The notes under the pieces are model-generated. The model saw nothing but the letters and a program-made list of their open reading frames with translations. It did no database searches and was not told the origin of the DNA. Shown one piece after another: positions 60,430 through 64,000 of a stretch of DNA of 64,000 nucleotides (position 1 is its first letter; every line of letters starts with the position of its first letter). The DNA is taken from positions 21,629-85,628 of the forward strand of contig JAUVXW010000013.1 of assembly GCA_030603385.1 (NCBI GenBank), given 5' to 3'. Both the position numbers and the translations under genes were made by a program. Source of the stretch: Promethearchaeota archaeon (lineage in GTDB: Archaea; Asgardarchaeota; Lokiarchaeia; Sigyniarchaeales; SOKP01).

Positions 60430-61530
60430 ATGAGTTTTAATTTAAGTGACGTAAAAGGCGTTGGTAAAAAAGAGGCTACTTTAAAGGAAGCTGGGATAGA
60501 TACAGTCGAAAAATTAGCAAATGCAAAAACTGATGATTTAACTACCCTTAAAGGAATTGGAAAAGCAACTGCTGAAAAGTTAATAGAGAATGCTAAAATA
60601 ATATTGAAAGAAACACCGGATGCAGATTCTACAGAAACGGCTGAAGAAGAGACGATAGAAAAGAAAGAAGCGGAAAAGGCACAAGAAGAATTAAAAAAAT
60701 TAGAGCAACAGAAGAAAAAATTACAAGGGAAAAAAGCTGAAGAAGGAGATTTTATTTTAGTTAAAATAACGGGACGCACTCAAAAAGGAACAGTATTTAG
60801 AGTTTCTAGTGAGGAAGATGCTAAAAAGGCAGGGATGTATGATGAAAAGAAGGCTGAACAAGGTATGTATACACCTGAATTTGTGATTGTGGGAAAATCT
60901 GGATTTTTAAATGAGGGTCTTACAGAAATTCTTAAAGATATGAACTATTTTGAGAAAAAGTCAGTTAGAATTCCCCCTACCAAAGCATACGGGAAAAGAG
61001 ATCCTCAAAAAATTGAAAGAATGGGTATTGCTAAATTTCGAAGGTTAACTGAAAATAAAAATCCCGAATTGGGGCGGGAGTTCACAAATAAAAAAGGACA
61101 AAGAGGTGTGATAACTAGTGTTGTTCAAGGAAGAGTTATTATTGATTACAATCATCCTTTAGCAGGACAATCATTAGATTATAATTTAGAAATCATAGAT
61201 AGAATAGAAGATTTTGATGCAAAAATAAATTATTTTATGGTAAATAAAGGGATTCCAAAAGAGAATGTGCCTGAATTTAAAGTGAATTATATTAAAGATG
61301 AAAAAACTCTTGAAATTACCATTCCAAAAATGTTTCTCTTCCAGAATCTCACTTATGTCAAATTTGGGTTAGCAATGGATTTGCAGACACATATGGCAGA
61401 GGAAATTGGGGATGTTAAATTTATTGAAGTCTATGAAAAAATACCAATACCCGCAACACCCTCAGAATCAGTAATGCAAAAAGTTGAAGAATTTAATAAA
61501 GAAAAAGAAGAGAATGAAGAGAATACTTAA
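60430..61530 (+). CDS. FKBP-type (SlyD-like) peptidyl-prolyl isomerase with N-terminal HhH domain
   Basis: VKGVG...LKGIGKATA; IPPTKAYG, DYNHPLAG. Confidence 0.9.
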   Translation: MSFNLSDVKGVGKKEATLKEAGIDTVEKLANAKTDDLTTLKGIGKATAEKLIENAKIILKETPDADSTETAEEETIEKKEAEKAQEELKKLEQQKKKLQGKKAEEGDFILVKITGRTQKGTVFRVSSEEDAKKAGMYDEKKAEQGMYTPEFVIVGKSGFLNEGLTEILKDMNYFEKKSVRIPPTKAYGKRDPQKIERMGIAKFRRLTENKNPELGREFTNKKGQRGVITSVVQGRVIIDYNHPLAGQSLDYNLEIIDRIEDFDAKINYFMVNKGIPKENVPEFKVNYIKDEKTLEITIPKMFLFQNLTYVKFGLAMDLQTHMAEEIGDVKFIEVYEKIPIPATPSESVMQKVEEFNKEKEENEENT

Positions 61531-61556
61531 CTCTCAGTAATAATATTTTGTAATCT

Positions 61557-62525
61557 TTAAGTTATCTTGATTTTGGAAATAAGGTCTTGTTTTTTCTTAT
61601 CCTTTTCCTTCTTGTACTCCGTTTTCCTTTTACTATAATAAGCCCTTTTTCTCTGGAATTCTAATCTTCTTTTCAGAGATTTCCCCTTCTTCTTTAAATA
61701 TTCTTTTTTTGCTTCCTTATATTCTTTTTTTGCTTTATTATATCTTTTTTTAGTCTTTTTATATTTCTTATACTGTAGCCTAATGTCATTCCTCAAATTC
61801 TTACTGATTTCTCCTATTCCCAATTCCTTTATTTTCAGTTTAAATTCTTCAAAAGACTCAAATCTGATAACTATAATCCCTAATTCTCTAGCTGGGACTA
61901 GATTCTGAATTTTATCATCAATAAAGACACATTTTTTTGGTTTTGTGTCTAATTTTTTTATTACATATTTATATTTATCCATATCAGGTTTAATAAGTCC
62001 AATTTCATTTGATAGGAAAATATTATCAAAGATATCATAAAACCCTCTCAACATATTTGATCTGGCATGAATATCATGTGTGTTTGACATTAAACTTACA
62101 ACATATCCTGCTTGATGTAAGCGTTCGATGATTTCTGCCATATCTACAGATACTTGGGTAACTTGAGAATATAGATCAAACCAAAGTTCTAGATAATATT
62201 CCACATTAACTATTTTTGACGGTAACGTGCCACTCTTTTTCTGAAAAGGATAGTAAAATTTTTCAAATATTTTTTCTAAAAATAAACGAGATGAAATTCT
62301 TCCAGAACTTAATTTACGTTTAAGTTTCCTGATGTATGGATCCTCCAATCGAGGGATAGAAACATTCAAATCAGCTTCGAGCATATCAAGTAAATTTTTT
62401 AGCACAAAGGTTTTTTCAATTATTACTCCCCCAAAATCAAATATGAAGTGTTTTATCTTATATAATCTCACTTTTTGTTTTTTTCCATAAATCTTAGATT
62501 TTTCTAACTCTTCTTTATTATTCAT
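61557..62525 (-). CDS. HAD-family phosphatase with lysine-rich C-terminal tail
   Basis: FDFGGV, MSNT, KP, FIDD; ~70-aa K/R-rich tail. Confidence 0.88.
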   Translation of the reverse strand: MNNKEELEKSKIYGKKQKVRLYKIKHFIFDFGGVIIEKTFVLKNLLDMLEADLNVSIPRLEDPYIRKLKRKLSSGRISSRLFLEKIFEKFYYPFQKKSGTLPSKIVNVEYYLELWFDLYSQVTQVSVDMAEIIERLHQAGYVVSLMSNTHDIHARSNMLRGFYDIFDNIFLSNEIGLIKPDMDKYKYVIKKLDTKPKKCVFIDDKIQNLVPARELGIIVIRFESFEEFKLKIKELGIGEISKNLRNDIRLQYKKYKKTKKRYNKAKKEYKEAKKEYLKKKGKSLKRRLEFQRKRAYYSKRKTEYKKEKDKKKQDLISKIKIT

Positions 62526-63351
62526 TTACCCTAGTATGTTGAATGTCATTGTTTAGTTTATTTTTCATTTCTTCAACTTGATTTAATATTAGATTACAGA
62601 TTTCTTTAACTGGAGAACTACTACAGTTCCAATTTGTAAATTCGGGAAAAGAGCCCGGATCGACTACATATAAGTCTTTACTAGACTCTTCTCTAACTAT
62701 GTCTAAATGTCCGAATAAATTACTCTCAGCAAGAAACAATCTCCACTTTTTAATCAAATCCTCAATATCCTTAGGTGTGTTTACTTTTTTCATATCGGCA
62801 TGTTCATTAGATAAGGGGGGTTTGATTAAGGTACAAATACGATTATCAATAAAATAAACATTATAATGTAAGCCTTTAATAAAATTTTCTAGATAAAGAA
62901 TTTCTTTATCTTCAGCTTTTAATTCCTGGACAGAATTGATGACTTTTACGCCCTTACTTCCAGAACCCATTATTGGCTTTAATATTAAGGGAAAAACTTC
63001 TGAATCTAATTGATTTATAAGGGTTTCTGATTTGCCTAAATAAAATCGTGGTGTTAAGAGGTCTGCTTTTTCTAATAGAAAATGTGATTGTATCCGATTT
63101 TTTTGCATAAAAGAAACTTGTGGATTTGGTACAACTGGGATATTATTTGCTTTCAAAAAAAACCCCGCATATAAGAAAAAGAGATTTTTAGATTTTAGAA
63201 TATAGAAATCATTGTTGAAAAGGTTCTCATTTATGCTAAGATTCTCCAAAGTATATATTACTACATTAAATCCTTTGTTTTCATAAAATTTTTTAATTTC
63301 TCCTGCTAAATTGGTTGTTCTCTTTGATAATATACCAACATTCATTTTCAA
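62518..63351 (-). CDS. ATP-grasp fold protein
   Basis: FPLILKPIMGSGSKGV, YLENFI, HLDIV, VVDPGSFP. Confidence 0.8.
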   Translation of the reverse strand: MKMNVGILSKRTTNLAGEIKKFYENKGFNVVIYTLENLSINENLFNNDFYILKSKNLFFLYAGFFLKANNIPVVPNPQVSFMQKNRIQSHFLLEKADLLTPRFYLGKSETLINQLDSEVFPLILKPIMGSGSKGVKVINSVQELKAEDKEILYLENFIKGLHYNVYFIDNRICTLIKPPLSNEHADMKKVNTPKDIEDLIKKWRLFLAESNLFGHLDIVREESSKDLYVVDPGSFPEFTNWNCSSSPVKEICNLILNQVEEMKNKLNNDIQHTRVNE

Positions 63352-63358
63352 TTCACTG

Positions 63359-64000
63359 TTAATTTCTTGCTTGTTCTAGTAAATAGTCTGCTACAATTTT
63401 ATGCCCATTTTTCATATAATTAAAATTAGGGGTGCAATTTATATCTGTTAGAAAAAATTGACCATCCTGAGTTTTATGAAAGTCAAGAGAAGTGATTTTT
63501 ATATCCATCACTTCCATAGCTTTCAAACAATACTCCTTTAAGTCTGAAATCTCCTCTATTTTTTCCCGTGATTCAGTTTTATTGGGATTTATCAAAACAG
63601 GTAATTGTTTATAAAAATACACATCTTCACCAATACCATAGATCTTATATTCCCATTTACTTTTGATAAATTTCTGATAATAAAGATAGTTGTATTGATG
63701 TTCTTTTCCATCAACTTCATCCAATGCTCTTTTATCTGCTACTCTTTTATTCCCATTTTCTTCCATTATTATTGGGCTAAATTTATAGACTCCTTGATCA
63801 ACAATGTTTTTAATAATAAAATCTTTAAATGGAGGTGTTACTCCTTTAGGATTTAAAGAAAAATCTGGTACAGGGATTCCTGCTTTTCTTAAGTAGGTAC
63901 TGTTGAGGAACCTGTTAATCGCTAAACATGATGCTTTAAAAGAATTTATTACAGGAATATTAGTGTGCTCTTCAATTAATTTTACCAAGCTTAAAATTAT
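63359..64000 (-). CDS. ATP-grasp fold protein, ITPK1-like motifs (5' end beyond window)
   Basis: YQKFI, YKIYGIGE, SLDF, TDINCTPNF; frame is open to position 64000. Confidence 0.75.
   Translation of the reverse strand: MILSLVKLIEEHTNIPVINSFKASCLAINRFLNSTYLRKAGIPVPDFSLNPKGVTPPFKDFIIKNIVDQGVYKFSPIIMEENGNKRVADKRALDEVDGKEHQYNYLYYQKFIKSKWEYKIYGIGEDVYFYKQLPVLINPNKTESREKIEEISDLKEYCLKAMEVMDIKITSLDFHKTQDGQFFLTDINCTPNFNYMKNGHKIVADYLLEQARN

Noticed and set aside
1020-63856. Numerous short ORFs overlapping longer genes (e.g. 4959, 6412, 14206, 18124, 46063, 60417)
   Set aside because: Shadow or alternate-frame ORFs of well-supported genes with no recognisable motifs.

Overview
AT-rich archaeal chromosome segment, most likely a Lokiarchaeia (Asgard) genome. 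This inference rests on a Rab-like GTPase, longin/roadblock-type proteins, a ubiquitin-like protein, LRR proteins with a Lokiarchaeia-type N-terminal domain, IPG(Y/F)N-TM C-terminal sorting signals, SepF, an Sm protein with L37e, a proteasome beta subunit and EndA. Most of the window is metabolic or housekeeping. The most unusual region is 42.1-49.5 kb. A ~180-195 bp unit (promoter plus the first ~40 codons of a longin-like gene) occurs three times as direct repeats with one sharp shared boundary. Each interval holds one unrelated secreted, C-terminally anchored surface-protein gene, resembling a gene-cassette array with no integrase in view. The region ends in a free-standing LAGLIDADG endonuclease gene directly downstream of a tRNA-Leu(UAA) carrying three non-canonical introns. 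Other notable items are an EndA lacking catalytic residues, a frameshifted Rab-like GTPase behind a duplicated promoter, two genes that appear to need ATT/ATA starts, an ITPK1-like ATP-grasp/HAD operon, and tandem paralog pairs with patchy nucleotide identity. No CRISPR array, rRNA, transposase or integrase was seen. All calls come from reading motifs by eye, without database searches.
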